Of a DNA stretch of 64,000 nucleotides, positions 1-14,525 are shown piece after piece. The notes under the pieces were generated by a model. It was not told the origin of the DNA. It ran no database searches and worked only from the letters and a program-made list of their open reading frames with translations. Numbering within the stretch: position 1 is the first letter of the stretch; each line of letters opens with the position of its first letter. Origin of the DNA: Lama guanicoe (taxonomy: Eukaryota); NCBI GenBank assembly GCA_013239625.1, contig MU053758.1, forward strand, positions 2,232,001-2,296,000. Reading direction: 5' to 3'. Both the position numbers and the translations under genes were made by a program.

Positions 1-364
1 TTGTAATTACATCATCTAAGAGAATATCTGAATAGTAACCTTTCCCCTCCTTTTTTTTTGCTATTATTTTTGACTTTCTAATCAGGTTTTAAATCTTTGG
101 CCCATACTGGGCATTAGTTTAATAACATAATGAATTTAAATGCTTAGAACACACACAAAAAAAGACACAGGAAACAGGCTTCAAATTCAGTATCTGGGTG
201 GGAAATGGCAGATGAGGTGAACAAAGGCAATAGGAAAGAAATACTTAACAGTGACCCCTGCTGATTAAATTAAAGTATAGCTACCAACTCCAAAAAAGGA
301 AATTAAAGGCTCTAAAATCAATATTAGTCAAGCCTCATAGAAGAAATACAAAATCTAATGCATA

Positions 365-745
365 TTTTGGTAGAGAATACTAGTTATCCCAATATTCATT
401 CACTTATCTAGAGTAACAGAATTCCCAGTTTTTAGCCAGCACATGGCTGTGTGGAAAGAAGACTATTTCCCCTGTAGTCAATGGGATGTAAGAAAAAGTG
501 ATGTGTGTGCCTCTTCTTTACTCCTTCCTCAATTCTGCTGTTTTAAATGTGATTTAGATGACTTAACTCCATCTTGTATCCTGAAGTTGAAGGCCTTAGT
601 TTAAAGATAAGCAGAAAACTAGAAAAAGCCTGCAGATGATTGCAGAGACATCATGCCTCTGGACTTTTGTATCAGAGAAAAATAAATTTCTATCATATTT
701 AAGCCACTTTTAATTTGGGTCTCTGTTGTAAGCAGCTAAATTTAC
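365..745 (+). mobile_element. Old MaLR LTR (MLT1-like)
   Basis: MLT1-type 3' end tttaagccact...tgggtctctgttgtaagcagctaa. Confidence 0.55.
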
Positions 746-1204
746 TAATATAGTTTTTTAGAAGAATGTATTTTTTAAAAGATAATCTTTTGTTTCGCAA
801 AATGAAAAAATAAAGGGTTTTGGAGATTGGTTACACAATACTGTGTCTTGCATACTTGACAATGGTTATGATGGCAAATTTTAAAGTTTAAAAATGAAAG
901 TTTTTTTCCTCCACATTTTAACATTTCTGAATTTAGGAAACATCTTACAATTAAAATCAGAAACTTTTTTGTGGTGTATAAAATAATGGTATATTTTATA
1001 ATCCACAGCAACTTTTAATTACATACAGTAAGTAAAATATAACCAACAGGAAGAAAACAGAACTAAAATAGAACTAAATAGACCATTTGCTGCTTCTCCT
1101 CAAACAGGCTCTGTGCTTTTTGTTCATGCAATCTTCTACACAGCACCTTTGCAACCAAACTTGTCTGTTCTGTCATCAGAAATAATTAACGTCCAGTGGA
1201 CATG

Positions 1205-1405
1205 CTATCTATGTTGTGAAGCCTTTCAAAATCTCCCAAACTGGATTTGATTATTCCTTCTCCTCTGAAACCCCAAAGCACCCTGGTCTGATGTGGTGTC
1301 CATTATATCAGACTGTAAGCTCTGAGATGAAAGGGCCCTGTCTGTTTAGTTCACCACAGTAGTCAGAAACCAACACAATGCCTAGAAATTCCTGAACAAA
1401 TGAAA
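1205..1405 (+). mobile_element. L2 LINE 3' fragment
   Basis: agactgtaagctc...tgtctgtttagttcacca...aacacaatgcct...tgaa. Confidence 0.55.
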
Positions 1406-1829
1406 TGTTATTTCTACTACAGTATCTGGAAATACTCCTCCTGTCTGTAAATTCCCAACAGTATTCTGTGGTTTTTTCACTGTGCCTCTATAGCAAAGTG
1501 CCTTGGAAGGGAGGGTGGTGGGGAGAGAGGGCAGGAGGGAGGGAGGAAAGAAGAAAGGATGGGAGAGAGGAAGGGAGGGAATTTAATAAACTGAACACTA
1601 CCCTAAATTTAGCAAACAACATGCAAATAACATCAGCACAACAACAGACTGAATACCATCATCACAAAAAATGATTAAAATAGTTAAAGAAAGATAAGTT
1701 TGGAGATTCGGCTTATGGCCCATTTATTTCAAGGGATATGAGCTACATTACATTCCTTGTTTAAAAAAAAGTGGTAATAATAGCTAAGTTTTCACCATTA
1801 TGGAATTTCATGTATATATGCATTTTAAA

Positions 1830-3005
1830 CAGTTTTATTATGGCATAACTCACGTACAATAAAATTCACTGGTTTTAAATGTACATTTCAACACTGTTTA
1901 GTTAATCTATAAAGCTGTGCAACCATCACTTACAATTCAGGGTTTTTTTTTATATTCACTAGCTTGTTTCATTTTTTAGATTCCACATATAAGTGATATC
2001 ATATAGTACTTGTCTTTCTCTGTACAATTCAATTTTGATGAATTTCCATCACCCCCAAAATATCTTTCATGTCCATTTGCATTCAATCCTAGTGCTGATC
2101 CCCAACCTCAAGCAACCATTAATCTGTTTTCTGTCTCTGCAGATTTCCTTTTCTGGACATTAAAAAAAAATGAAATTATAAAATATATCATCTTTTAAAT
2201 CTGGCTTCTTTTATTCTTATGTTTTTGAAATTCATCTATGTTGTAGCATGTACCTACATTCCTTTTTGTTGCTGAATAGTATTCCAGTTTTTGGAATTCT
2301 GTATTTTATTTATTCATTCCTAGCTGATACACATTTGGATCCCTACAATTTTTATTTATTTATTTACACTATTTTTAATAATGCTGCTATGATCATTCTT
2401 ACACAAATCTTTGGGCTGAAATATGTTCTCATTTCTCTTGGATAGACTCTAAGGTGGAGAGTTTCTAGGTTGTATCATATGGTAATTTTATTTTAAACTT
2501 TTAAAGAAACCACTCAATTGTTTTCCAAAGTGGCTGTACCACTCCATTTTACATCCTCACCAGGAGTATATGAAATTTCCCGGTATGTTCATGTTTTTTA
2601 CCATCACTTGTTGTCTTCTTTATTTTAGCCAGTCTAATGGGGTGGTATCTTCTTGTGGTTTCAATTTGCATTTCCCTAGCCACTAATGCTGTTGAGCATC
2701 TTTTCATGTGTTTTTTAGCCATTCAAATGACTTCTTTGGTGAAATGTATATTCAAATCATTTGCCCATTTGAGTTGTTTACTGTCTTACTATTGAGATTT
2801 AAGGGCTCTTTATATATTTTGAACACACATCCTTTATCTAATATATGATCTGCAAATATTTTCTCTCATTTTGTGTGTTGTGCCTTCTATTTCTTAATGG
2901 TGTCTTTAGAAGCACAACTATTTTTAATTTTGATGAAGTCCAATTTATCTTTTTTTTAATGGATCATGTTTTTGATATCATATATGTGAACTCTGCCTAA
3001 CCAAT
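1830..3005 (-). mobile_element. Old L1 (L1MB-like) 3' end with a nested short L1 tail at 1940-2022
   Basis: Antisense L1 3'UTR/ORF2-end motifs (gttttccaaagtggctgtacc, ttgcatttccct, tgcaaatattttctc). Confidence 0.8.
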
Positions 3006-3009
3006 GGGT

Positions 3010-4260
3010 ATACAATGGCCTCTACGAAGCTTAAGGGAATTATGCCACAGTAGCCTGACACAACCAAAGTAGGGAGAGATCTGTCTTAGACAGAGTTATA
3101 ATGATGTAGCTTTTGAGACATGGAATAACACAAATCAGATTCACAGAAAAATCCCAGAAATTTTAAAGGAAATTGTACAAGCTGAGTACAGCTACAACAA
3201 GGGATAGAGACTGTGAAAAGAGGCCTCTGGGCTCCCAGCTATCTACGGGGAGAAAGTATGCTGAGGATACCACTTAGCTTCATAAGACATTTCTTATGTA
3301 AAAGGAGAGACCTCTCAGGAAGCAGTGTTGAGAGCCGATAATGCAGTACCAAGAATCACAGAGAATAATGGATTAGGGAACCATTCCCAGGAAGCAGAAC
3401 TGGGCTGCAACCAAGGCACATTTCCTGCTTCTGGAAAGGAGCAGGTGACACTGACAATGTGCCTGCATGACTTCAGAGCTGATAAACCAACAACTGCTAT
3501 ATGCCTGCTGTTACTCCCCCCTTTTAGGGGGAATATATATTGCCATTATTCTATCCCTGTGAATAACAGTATATGTTGGGTGTAGGGGACAGATAACTTT
3601 TCTTTTTAGTTCATAGATCTCTGGATCAAGAGGAACTGCAAATGAGGACCCTTTCCCACCTCTAAATCTGATGCAGACAGCAAATTATAGTTCTTCACCA
3701 TTGTTTGTTTATCTGTATATTTATACATGTTATTTGTTTTTGGATAAGACTTTGGAGGTCTTGGAAGGGAATGCTCTGCATGGGACAAGAATGTGTATCA
3801 TTGGAGCCAGAAGGTAAAACCTTATAATAAGGGCCTCCAAAGAATCTTATCTCTTTATGACAATACTCTTTTGCAAGGAGATTTTACCTCAAGTCCCTTC
3901 AATAGGTGGAGTCCGTTTTCCCATCCTTTGAATCTGAGTTCACATGATGACTCAATCTGACCAAAAGAATGTGGTGGATTTCCAAGTCTAAGGCTTAACC
4001 TTCTTGAAATACTCCTGCCACCATGTAAGAAAGTCCAGGCTAAACTTTAGAATGATGAGAGATCTTGTGGAAAGAGAGCACCAGCTGACAGTGACACCAA
4101 GGTCTCAGACTGTAAGTAAGGCCATCTTAGACACTCAAGCCCCAGTCAAGCCACCAGATGACTGCAGCCTCATGAGTGACCTTTTTGAGTGCCCATCAGA
4201 ACTGCCAGGCTGAATATTGTTTCAAGTCACTAAGTTTTAGAGTGGCTGTTAGACAGCAAA
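3010..4260 (+). mobile_element. ERVL-MaLR: MLT1-like internal fragment plus LTR (~3830-4260)
   Basis: gccaccatgtaagaaagtccaggcta, gatgactgcagcctcatgagtgac, tttcaagtcactaagttttagagtgg. Confidence 0.6.
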
Positions 4261-6240
4261 ATTTACAAAAACAGATTCTCCATTTAAAAAGTTTGACTCA
4301 TGATCTAAATTTCACAGATTTGAATAAAATATGAGACATACAAAAAGTAGACCAACCTAGGTGAACTATTTGGTGGGAAGAAAATTTCTAGGAGAGAGTA
4401 AGAACGAATGTTTATAAAGAAATCCAGAGCTGAAGATGCAGAAGATTTCTTTAAACTATTTTTTCCTATAAGTAATTTTTACTGATTATGCCATTCCCTG
4501 ACTCAACCAACACCAGATGTTTTTCCAATTGGCTAGTTTTCTTGCCAAAAGCTAAGAGGAAAAACATTTTTACATGGCAAAATAAACCTAAAACAAAGTA
4601 AGTTTGTAATTCCTCCACCCAACATCTTGTCCATAGTAGAAATATAACTGCTTTTTAGAAGCAAGCTGCTGCCAGTGCATTACCATCTCATGACTAAATT
4701 TATCCTAGGAAAGAAATCCTTAGATAAAAACACCAAGGAAGGGATACATTTAGAAAACATTACTTAATAGGTCAAATTTTCTGCTTTGGACACCTTCTAA
4801 TATCTCAATATTTCAAGCCTTCTTTTATCCTGACTTCTGTTTACTTAAGCAAAATCAATATCTGCTACCAATTCATTGATCTCAGTCTAAAATAATACAC
4901 CTTTATTCTGTTCTCTGTTGAGAATTTCTTCCACTTACTCAGTTCTAACTATCCCCAGCAACACCACAGGGCTGTAAAGACTCCATAAACTCTGATGACA
5001 ACCACTGGATATAACTGGAACTTATTTTGGGTACTACTAAATCTTGGAAGTCTTCCATGCCCTACTGAAAGCTTCTTTTGAAGTTGTGAAGTGAAAGAGA
5101 AGAGCTGAAAACTCAAGGTGGCAATATAATTACATGTCCTTCTCTTTCCTCTGCCATTTATCGCAGCTCTATCTCCACACACAAAAGAACTAATAGATAC
5201 AACAAGGCAGTGATGGTATCTGATTCAGGATTAGCAAGCATTTAACTGAATCTCATATTCCAAAATGCCAGAGGGGATGGTAAATCAAGGGAAAGTAGGA
5301 TTTTATTTCCTCATGTACAAATTCTCGTCGATGTGCCAGAAACTGAAAACTAGCAGAATTTGTGGAATTTTCCAAGACGTATGTCAGATAGTAATTTTAC
5401 AACTCACTCACAAACACACATTCCAAATCATCTTACTGCTATGGAAATATTTTCAAAGCAATTGTATTTTAATACAGCCATGGTACTTATTTGTAGAAAA
5501 TGCAGTCCCCTATTTTAGATAATAAAAGAAACAAAGTACACAGTACCCCAGATACCCTAACTGCATGCCAGAAATTATATTTAAGACTTAAAAGGAATCA
5601 AAAGAAACAATATGTTACATTAGAACACAGATTCTTTGAGGCAAAAAAAAAAAAAAACTTTGTAAGAAAGTCATTAAGGGAAAGTGACACCAAGTTAATA
5701 GACCAAGGAAATCTATTAGACTTCTTAGACCATGACATGAACAAGACTGTGGTGCTATTTATAAACAAGATAGCTAAACAAAGGATGAATGATATACCTA
5801 GATATTTGGCTGTTATTAATTAATTGATATGTATCTGAAAATTATTTTCTAAATATGCCATATAACTTAACTGAATTTTTACATAAAAAGTCAACCAAAA
5901 GGATGTCGGAAAAATAGTAGGGTTCCCCCTATTCCTATACTCTATCAATTATTCTGGGGAGTTCTTTTGATATTTGCCTGTTTTTCTAACTATGATTGAT
6001 TTATCAAATTTAGATATTATCTGCTGACATTCTGCCAAGGAATACAAGTATTTAGCTTCAGTCTCTACCCCTACCTTCCACACTCTATGTAATTTCATCA
6101 CAATCTTTACTTAAATCAAGAGTCAGTGTGAATGTAGGATTGAACAGATCCTACTGAGTGCTGAGTCAAGGAGAACAGGACCAAGTACTCCTTCCCCCTA
6201 CAAATTAATGACTACCTCATTTTTTCTACTTTCTATATAT

Positions 6241-6876
6241 ATTTTTTCTTTTTTTAAACTGAAGTATACAGTTTACAATGTTTACAATGTTGTGTCAATT
6301 TCTGGCACACAGAACAATGCTTCAGTCATATATGAATATACATATATTCGTATTCATACTCTTTTTCACTGTAAGCTACTACAAGATATCAAATATAGCT
6401 CCCCGTGCTCTACAGTATAAATTTGTTTATCTATTTCACATATACCAGTCAGTATCTGCAAATTTCGAACTCCCAATTTGTCCCTTCCTACCCTCTTCCC
6501 CCCTGGTAACCTAAGTTTGTTTTTTATGTCTGTGAATCTGTTTTTGTTTTGTAAATAAGTTCGTTTGTCTTTTTTTTTTTTTAGATTCTACATATGAGTG
6601 ATATGGTATTTTTCTTTCTCTTTCTTGCTTACTTTTCTTAGAATGACATTCTCCAGGGCCATCCATTTTGCTGCAAATGGCATTATTTTATTTTTTATGG
6701 CTGAGTAGTATTCCATTGTATAAATACACCACAACTTCTTTATCCAGTCATCTTTTGATGGACATTTAGGTTGTTTCCATGTCTTGGCTATTGTAAATAG
6801 TGCTGCTATGAACACTGGGGTGCAGGTACCTTTTCGAATTAAGGTTCCCTCTGGATATATGCCCAGGTGTGGGATT
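6241..6876 (-). mobile_element. 5'-truncated artiodactyl-type L1 3' end with TSD
   Basis: ORF2 C-terminal peptide [23 protein letters not shown] tactttctatatat (6227-6240) / tactttctatgtat (6877-6890). Confidence 0.9.
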
Positions 6877-9661
6877 TACTTTCTATGTATTTTTAACTTT
6901 TCCTCAAATGCTCCAACATCTATCACATGTCTATCAATATGTTCCACATGCTTAAACACATCAGATACTGTTTTTTCCTGGAGCTACTTTCCTAAAACCC
7001 CTTCGTTCTTTCTTCTGCTTATTCTGTTGGGGGGTTCTCTAGACTGGCTACATAGCTGTCATACTGGGCTCTCCCTTGGCTCTTCTCTTTGACTGACTTC
7101 TGAGTTTTGGACCCGATTTCTTTTTACTTGCTATTTAAGAGCACACCCACTAGTAACTTATGGGGACTAAAGGTTCATGAGAACTGTAATTTTGGGGTCA
7201 CTTGCACATGTCTAAAAGTATTTTTATTCCAGACTCATATTTGATTGATAATTGGCTAAGAATGAAATTACAGGTGGAAATCTTTTCTACTGAAAGTACC
7301 TGAAGTCACTGCTTGATGCATTTCTGTCTTCCAGTGTTAACTGCTTGTGATAGTAATGCTATTCTGATTGGTCCTTTGAATGTAATCTCTAGTTATTCTT
7401 TCTGGAAGCTTTTAAATACAGTCTCTGTATCCCAAGTTTACTGAAATTTCTAATCAGTTCTCTTGGTCTATCTTTTTTATTATTCTATCAGCTCTTTGAA
7501 TTTGCAAATCTATGGTTCAATTAGGAAAATGCTTTGAAATTTTTTTTGGTATCATCTCCCACTATTTTCTCTGTCTTCTCTCTAAGTTTTATTAGTCAAA
7601 TATTGGACCACCTGCTCTAACTTTAATTTTTAATTTTGCTTCTACTTTACTTCCAATCTTTCCACTAATTTTTTTTGGGGAGTGGGGAGCTATCACTTTT
7701 TTTTTTTATTTCCACGAGTTACTTCTTATTCATTGAAAGATTTCCAAAAGAACATTCTGTTCTTTTGAAGATGCAGTATTTCACTTACTGGGGATTAATA
7801 CTCCTTCCCCTCTGCCCCATCCCCAGTTTCTTCCCTTTGCTCTCTACCTTGTCTCTTTTATGTGTTTGTTTGGCCTCTCATTTTGGAGGCTTTCCTCAAC
7901 TATCAGGTTATCCTTGGCTCTCCTCTCCTATTCATGGCATTAAGAAGCTAAATGGAAGTTCAGTGTTTGGCTCCATACTATTATCCCTGTCATGCATCTG
8001 ATATTCCTGGATCCAGAATCCTCAACCTCCACATTCTTGGAGAAAAAAATGCCCAGTTTCCTGGAGGGGGAAGAAGTGGTTTGCAAAGGATTCAATCACT
8101 TCATACAAGACTTTCAATGACCACCTACTTTTAATTTCAAGCCTCACCCTTGTCTTTCCAGACTTTTTACTACTAAGTGTTGAATTTTTCTGGAGGTTTT
8201 GTTGGATAAACTTGCTTGCTTGTCTCTGCAGACAATCCAGGGTGTACCTTCCTCCACTTGGCTAAATCACTTAACACTTTTCTACTAATTTTTTTAATCT
8301 TCTAAAAAATTTTTAGTCATTTTTGTCCCTGTGGTCTTATACTTCTTTTTATTCCGTTATTATAATGTTAGTGCTGTCTGAAAAGGAAAGGAAATGTATG
8401 TATTAAGTTAAACTCCCATGTTTAACCAAAATTCCCATGCACTGGTTTTAGTTGTCCTGGATAAAATCATTAAGTATATTTATTAAGCCTGTGGACATGA
8501 CAAAGCTCATTAGGATAAATAATACCTTGGATAACAAGATCAGAGTTCAACATGACTTCAAAAGGATAATATCAATAGGAAACTAAACAGGGTAAATTAA
8601 AAAATCTTTCACTTAGATTAAGCAATTATCAGTTATATAAATATAAAACAAGAAACCTAGTTTAACAAAAAAAAGGGAGTTTTTTATCACGAGTCAGTTA
8701 TATGACTTGCTGTAACAAATTTTAAAAGAAAAGAAAAACTATAATTTTAGGATACATTAATGGAAAATAAGGGACCAGACCAATGGAGAAGACTATACTT
8801 CTGCATATTCTGAGTGGTTGTTGATAACTCGAACATCCCATTTGAGAAAGGAAATCAGCTAAACATCATTTAGAAAATGGATCCCAGCATATTGAGAGGC
8901 TCTAAAACTAAGTCTGTGGAAAATGGTAAAGATAAGAGGACTATTCAAAATCTTAAATGGAAGAACATTATAGCTGTTACTGAATAGCTGAAGAATTGTC
9001 CTTTACAATCACGTAGTTCTATATTGTTCCATATAACCAACGTAGAAGAAATGGAGACAATCTGTTTTAAGACAGATTTTGCTTAAATAAACATGTACAA
9101 TTGTGAGCTGTCCCACTTACTGGCAACCAACCTTTCCAGTATTAGGGATGTCACAGAGTAGATTCTTACATAGAGAAGGAAATTTAACTAGATGACATTA
9201 ACCTTGGTACCACTAAAAGGACAAACAGTAATAAAGAAACCAAGAGACAAAGGTCATTATATAATGATAAAGGGATCAATTCATCAAGAAGATACAACAA
9301 CTGCAAGTATTTATGCAACCAACACTGGAGCACTGAAATACATAAAGCAAATATAACAGAACTAAAAGAAGAAATAACAGCAATACAATAGTAGCAGGGG
9401 ATTTCAAAACTCCATTCTCAACAATACATAGATATTCCGGAGAATCAATAAGGAAACAGAAGATTTGAACAACATCAAAGACCAAATGAACCTAACAAAC
9501 ATACAAAAAACAGTCCATCCAACAGCAGGGAATACAGAGTCTTCTCAAGCACACACAGAACATTCTCCAGGACAGAATATATGTTAGGGCCACAAAACAA
9601 ATTTCAAAAAAACCAATAAGATAGAAGCTATATCAAGGATCTTTCCTGATCACAATGGTAT

Positions 9662-10571
9662 TCAAATATGTGTTTTCCAGCATTCAAGCCATTCCCCATT
9701 TCTTATCAGACACTTACTAAGTGTTTTACAAATTTAACTCAATTCTAATGCTATCTACCAGGAGATAGCATCAGATCCCACAAATTAAGGGCCCAGTCCC
9801 ACATGACTCCTGCCACTTCAGACACCAACTGCAAGCCCAGGGTGTTACCTGTGCTTCTGACCAACTGGCAATAAATTGGAGGTTCCCACACTCCACTCCT
9901 TAGGTTCAATTAATTTGCTAGAAGCGATTCACAGAACTCAGAGAAACATTAACTTGTATCTGCCAGTTTATTAAAAGGATATTATGAAGAATACAGATGA
10001 ACAGCCAGAAAAAGTAGGGTGGGGTCTGGAAGGGTGATGAGTGCAGGAACTTCTATCTGCGTAAGAACTGGGGTGCACCACTCTCCTGGCATGTGAATGC
10101 CACCAACATGGAAGATCCCCAAACCTCATCCTTTGGGGTTTTTCATGGAGGCCTCGCTACATAGGCACAACTGATGAATCATTGGCTGTTGGTGACTGCC
10201 TCTCTCCTCCTTAGGTATGGAGATGAGAGGATTGGGGTGGGGGGGGAGGGGATGGAACAGAAAGTTTTAACCCTCTGATCATGATTGGCTCCCATGGCAA
10301 CTGGCCTCCACCCTTAGGTTACCTAGGAGCTTTTCAAAATTCAACTTATTAACATAAATCTAAGTGTGATTGAAAGGGGCTTGTTGTGAATAAAAAAGAC
10401 ATCCATTTCACCTTTATGGCTCTGAACTGAGGACAAAAGGCCAAATATTACAACAAAAGATATTCCCACTGCTCTTACCGCTTAGGAAATTACAAGAGTT
10501 TTTGGTAGTTGTGAGCCAGGAATCATGAACAAAGATCAAAATATATAAATATTACAATTCACAACATCACA
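9662..10571 (-). mobile_element. MER21-like ERVL solo LTR nested in L1
   Basis: Reverse complement starts TGTGATGTTGTGAA...TTCCTGGCTCACAAC; L1 resumes on both sides with ggtat/ggcat duplication. Confidence 0.75.
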
Positions 10572-11134
10572 GGCATGAAACTAGAATACAGTAAGAGAAG
10601 GAAAATCGGAGAATTCACAAATACATGGAAATTAATCAACACACTACTGAACAACCAATAGATCAAAGAAGAAATCAAAAGGGAAACCAAACAATATTTT
10701 GAGACAAACAAAAATGGAAATATAACAAACCAAAATTTATGGGATGCAGTAAAAGCAGTTCTAAGAGGAATGTTTACATTAAGAGGAAAGATCTCAAATA
10801 AACAACCAAACATTTCACCTCAAAGAACTAGAAAAAGAAGAAACTAAGCCAAAGTTAAGCAGAAAGCAGTAATGCACATCAAATAGAGTAAGGAAATATA
10901 AAAGATTAATGAAACTAACAGCTGGTTCATTAAAAAGATAAACAAAATTGACAAACCTATAGCCAGACTAACCCAGGAAAAAAGAGGACTCAAAATTGTA
11001 AATGAAAGAGGAGACATTATTACTGATACCACAGAAATAAAAAGAACCATAGGAGACTACTATGAACAGTTATACCCCAACAAAATGGACAACTTAAAAG
11101 AAATGGATAAATTCCTAGGAACATGACAACTTAC

Positions 11135-11469
11135 TGTTACAGTAATTAAGCAAGGAGGCAATTACACTGAGATGGCTCTATGCCTTGTAGCCTACATAGC
11201 AAACTAAAACCCAAGCCAGAGTCAGTACATTGCAATCTGAGAAAATGAAACTTAAGAACAGTTCCAAATGATGCAACTGCCTAAGATACAATTAATTCAA
11301 ATAATTTCTTTACTTCACTTCTGTATCTTATCTATAAAAACCTTACCCCTAGCTCCTGTGGGTGGAGCACTTCTAAAACTACTTCTAGCTTGGTGCTGCG
11401 CAATTCTAATTGATGTTTACTCAAATAAACTCTTCGAAATTTTAATGTGCACTTTAAAAAAAAAAAACA
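11135..11469 (+). mobile_element. Solo LTR (MER34/MER39-like) nested in L1
   Basis: TG...CA termini, TATA-like tctataaaaa, ctcaaataaactc polyA signal; L1 ORF2 resumes afterwards. Confidence 0.7.
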
Positions 11470-14199
11470 CTTCTAAGATTGAGTCATGAAGATGTAGAAA
11501 ATCTGAATAGACCAGTAATGAGTATGGAGACTGAGTCAGTAACAAACATCTCTCAACAAAGAAAAGCACAAGACCAGATGGTTTCACTGGAAAATTCAAG
11601 GAAGCATATAAGGAAGAAAAAATGTCAAGCCTCCTCAAACTCTTCCCCAAAAACTGAAGAGGAGAAATCACTCCCAAATTCATTTTACAAAGTCAGCATT
11701 ACCCTGATACCAAATCTGGAGAAGAAAACTATAGTCCAGTATCTCTGATGAATACAGATACAAAAATTCCCAATAAAATTAATTCAACAGCACATTAAAA
11801 GAAGCATACACCATGATCAGGTGGGAAGTATCCCTGGGTTAAAAAAGACAGTTCAAGTTACAGACATAAAAGGCATCCAAATCAGAAGGAAGAAGTAAAG
11901 TATCTCTGCAGAAGACATGACCTTATATACAGAAAATCTTAAAGACTCCACCAGAAAACTGTTAGAACTAATAAAAGGCTGCAGGTTAAAAAATCAACTT
12001 ACAAAAATTAGTTGCACTTCTACACACTAACAACAAACTAGATGAAAAATAAAACAATAAAACAATCCCATTTAAAATAGCATAAAAATACTTAGTAATA
12101 AATGTAACTATGGAGGTGGAAGATCTGTATACTAAAGACTATAAGAAACACTGATGATAAAAACTGAAGACACAAATAAATAGAAAGATATCCGTGCTCA
12201 TGGATTTGAACAATTAATACCGAAAAAATGTCCATATCACCCAAAGTAATCTGCATATTCAATGCAATTTTCATCAAAATTCCAATGGCATTTTTCATAA
12301 AAACAGAAAAAAGAGTCCTAAAATTCATATGGAACCACAAAAGACCCTGAATAACCAAAGCAATTTTGAGAAAGATAAATAAAGCTGGAGGCATCACACT
12401 TTGCAATATGAAACTACATTACAAAGCTTTAGTAATCAAACATTATATACTGGCATAAAAACAGACACATAGACCAATGGAATATAATCAAGAGCCCAGA
12501 AATAAACCCATGAATATACAGTCAACTAATTTATGAAAAGGGAGTCAAGAATACTCAACAGGGAAAAGACAGTCTCTTCAATAAATGGTGCTAGGAAAAC
12601 TGGATACTCACATGCAAAAGAATGAAATTAGACCTCTATTATTATACTACTCACAAAAATTAAGTCAAAATGGGCTAAAGACTTATATAAATGTAAGGCC
12701 TGAAATGCCTAGAAGAAAACATAGTGAATATGCTCCTTAACACTGGTCTTGGCAATGATTTTTTGGATATGACACCAAGAGCACACGAAAGGAAAGCAAA
12801 AAACAACTGGAACTAAATCAAACTAGAAAGCTTCTGCACGGCAAAGGAAACAATCAACAAAATGAAAAGGCAACCTATGCAATGGGAGGAAATACCTGCA
12901 AACTATGTATCTGATAAGGGATTATTATCAAAAATATATAAGGAATTCATACAATAGCAAAAAATTTTTTTAAGTGGGCAAAAGATCTGAACAGAAATTT
13001 TTCCAAAGAAGATATATAAATGGCCAAAAGGTACATGAAAAGGTGTTCAACATTGTCAAGGAAATGCAAACCAAAACCACAATGGGACATCACCTCACAT
13101 CTGTTAGAATGGCTATAATCAAAAAGACATGAAATAAAAAGTGTTGGTGAGAAGGTGAAGAGGGAACCCTTCAATGTAAATTGGTACCGCCACTATGGAA
13201 AACAGTAAGGAGGTTCTCCCAAAAATTAAAAATATAACTACTACATAGTCCAGCAATCCCACTTTAGGTACATATCCAAAGTAAATGAAATCACTATCAA
13301 AGAGATATCTGCACCTCCATGCTCACTGCAGCATTATTTACTATAGCCAAAACCTGGAAACAATTAGGTACTTGACAGAATAACAGAAAAAGACAATATA
13401 ATATATATATTTATGGTTGACTATTAATCAGCCATTAAAAAAAAGGAAATCTTGCCTTTTACGACAACATGGATGAAACTTGAAGGCAACATGTTAAGTC
13501 AAATAAACCAGAAAAAGACAAATACTGTATGATCTCACTTATATGTGGTGGTTGCCAGGATCTGGGGAACTCGGGGAAATGGATGAAGGTGGTCAAAGTA
13601 TACAAACTTCCAGTTACAAAACGAGTGAATCCTGCAAATCTAAGGTACAGCATGGTGCCTACAGTTAACATAACTGTACTGTATACTTGAAAGTTGCTAA
13701 GAGTAGATCTAAAATGTCCTCACCACAAGACAAACAAAAAACCCCAATCATTAACTATGTTGAGATGATGGATGTGTTAACTAACCTTACTGTGGCTCAT
13801 TTTGCAAAACATGCATATATCAAATCATGCTGTATACCTTAAAGTTAAACTGTTTCATATGTCAATTATATCTCAATAAAGCTGGAAACAAAAGAGAAAC
13901 CAAAAAGGGAACCAACAGAAATAAAGAAATGTAATTTACATAAGAATATAGAATATACTAAAATAGATTTACACGTACAGTTTTTTTTTCTTAAACATAA
14001 AAAAAAGAATCAAAATTGAAATCAATACAGACTGACAGAAAGCAGGCTGGTATATGAACAAATTAGGACTCAGCCTAGAAGCCAGACTTGATAACTCTGT
14101 TTTTGACAGTATGCTCCATCCTATCTCCCCAAACCAGTGGTGATCCAAGGCAAAACAAAAACAAAACAATGAGATTTATTTCATGAATCTACATTCATT

Positions 14200-14525
14200 T
14201 TATTTTCTTTTTAATTGAAGTATAGTCAGTTACAATGTGTCAATTTGTGGTGTACAGCATGCTTTCCACTTTCAAATGCCGGGATTATACTCTTCAGATT
14301 TGATGTAAATTAATCTGTATCTTATTTTAAAATATCTAGATAAACAAGATTATACTGTATAGCACAGGGAAATATATACAAGATCTTGTGGTAGCTCACA
14401 GCGAAAAAAAGTGACAATGAATATATGTATGTTCATGTATAACTGAAAAATTGTGCTCTACACTGGAATCTGACACAACATTGTAAAATGACTATGTAGC
14501 TCAATAAAAAAATGTTAAAAAAAAT
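14200..14525. mobile_element. Two short L1 3' tails in opposite orientation (minus ~14200-14260, plus ~14330-14525)
   Basis: ttaattgaagtatagtcagttacaatgtg versus gacacaacattgtaaaatgactatgtagctcaataaaaaaa. Confidence 0.7.

Larger units (their letters stand above)
9235..13890 (+). mobile_element. Large degenerate L1 (ORF2 endonuclease/RT region to 3' end) interrupted by two LTRs
   Basis: Continuous L1 ORF2 motifs with frameshifts; ends gtcaattatatctcaataaagctg. Confidence 0.9.

Noticed and set aside
5265..5823. Adjacent 85-aa and 107-aa plus-strand ORFs
   Set aside because: No recognisable homology, includes an A-run, antisense within an intron; probably chance
9235..13890. Possible active L1 or novel reverse-transcriptase gene
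   Set aside because: 5'-truncated, frameshifted, internally deleted and interrupted by LTRs
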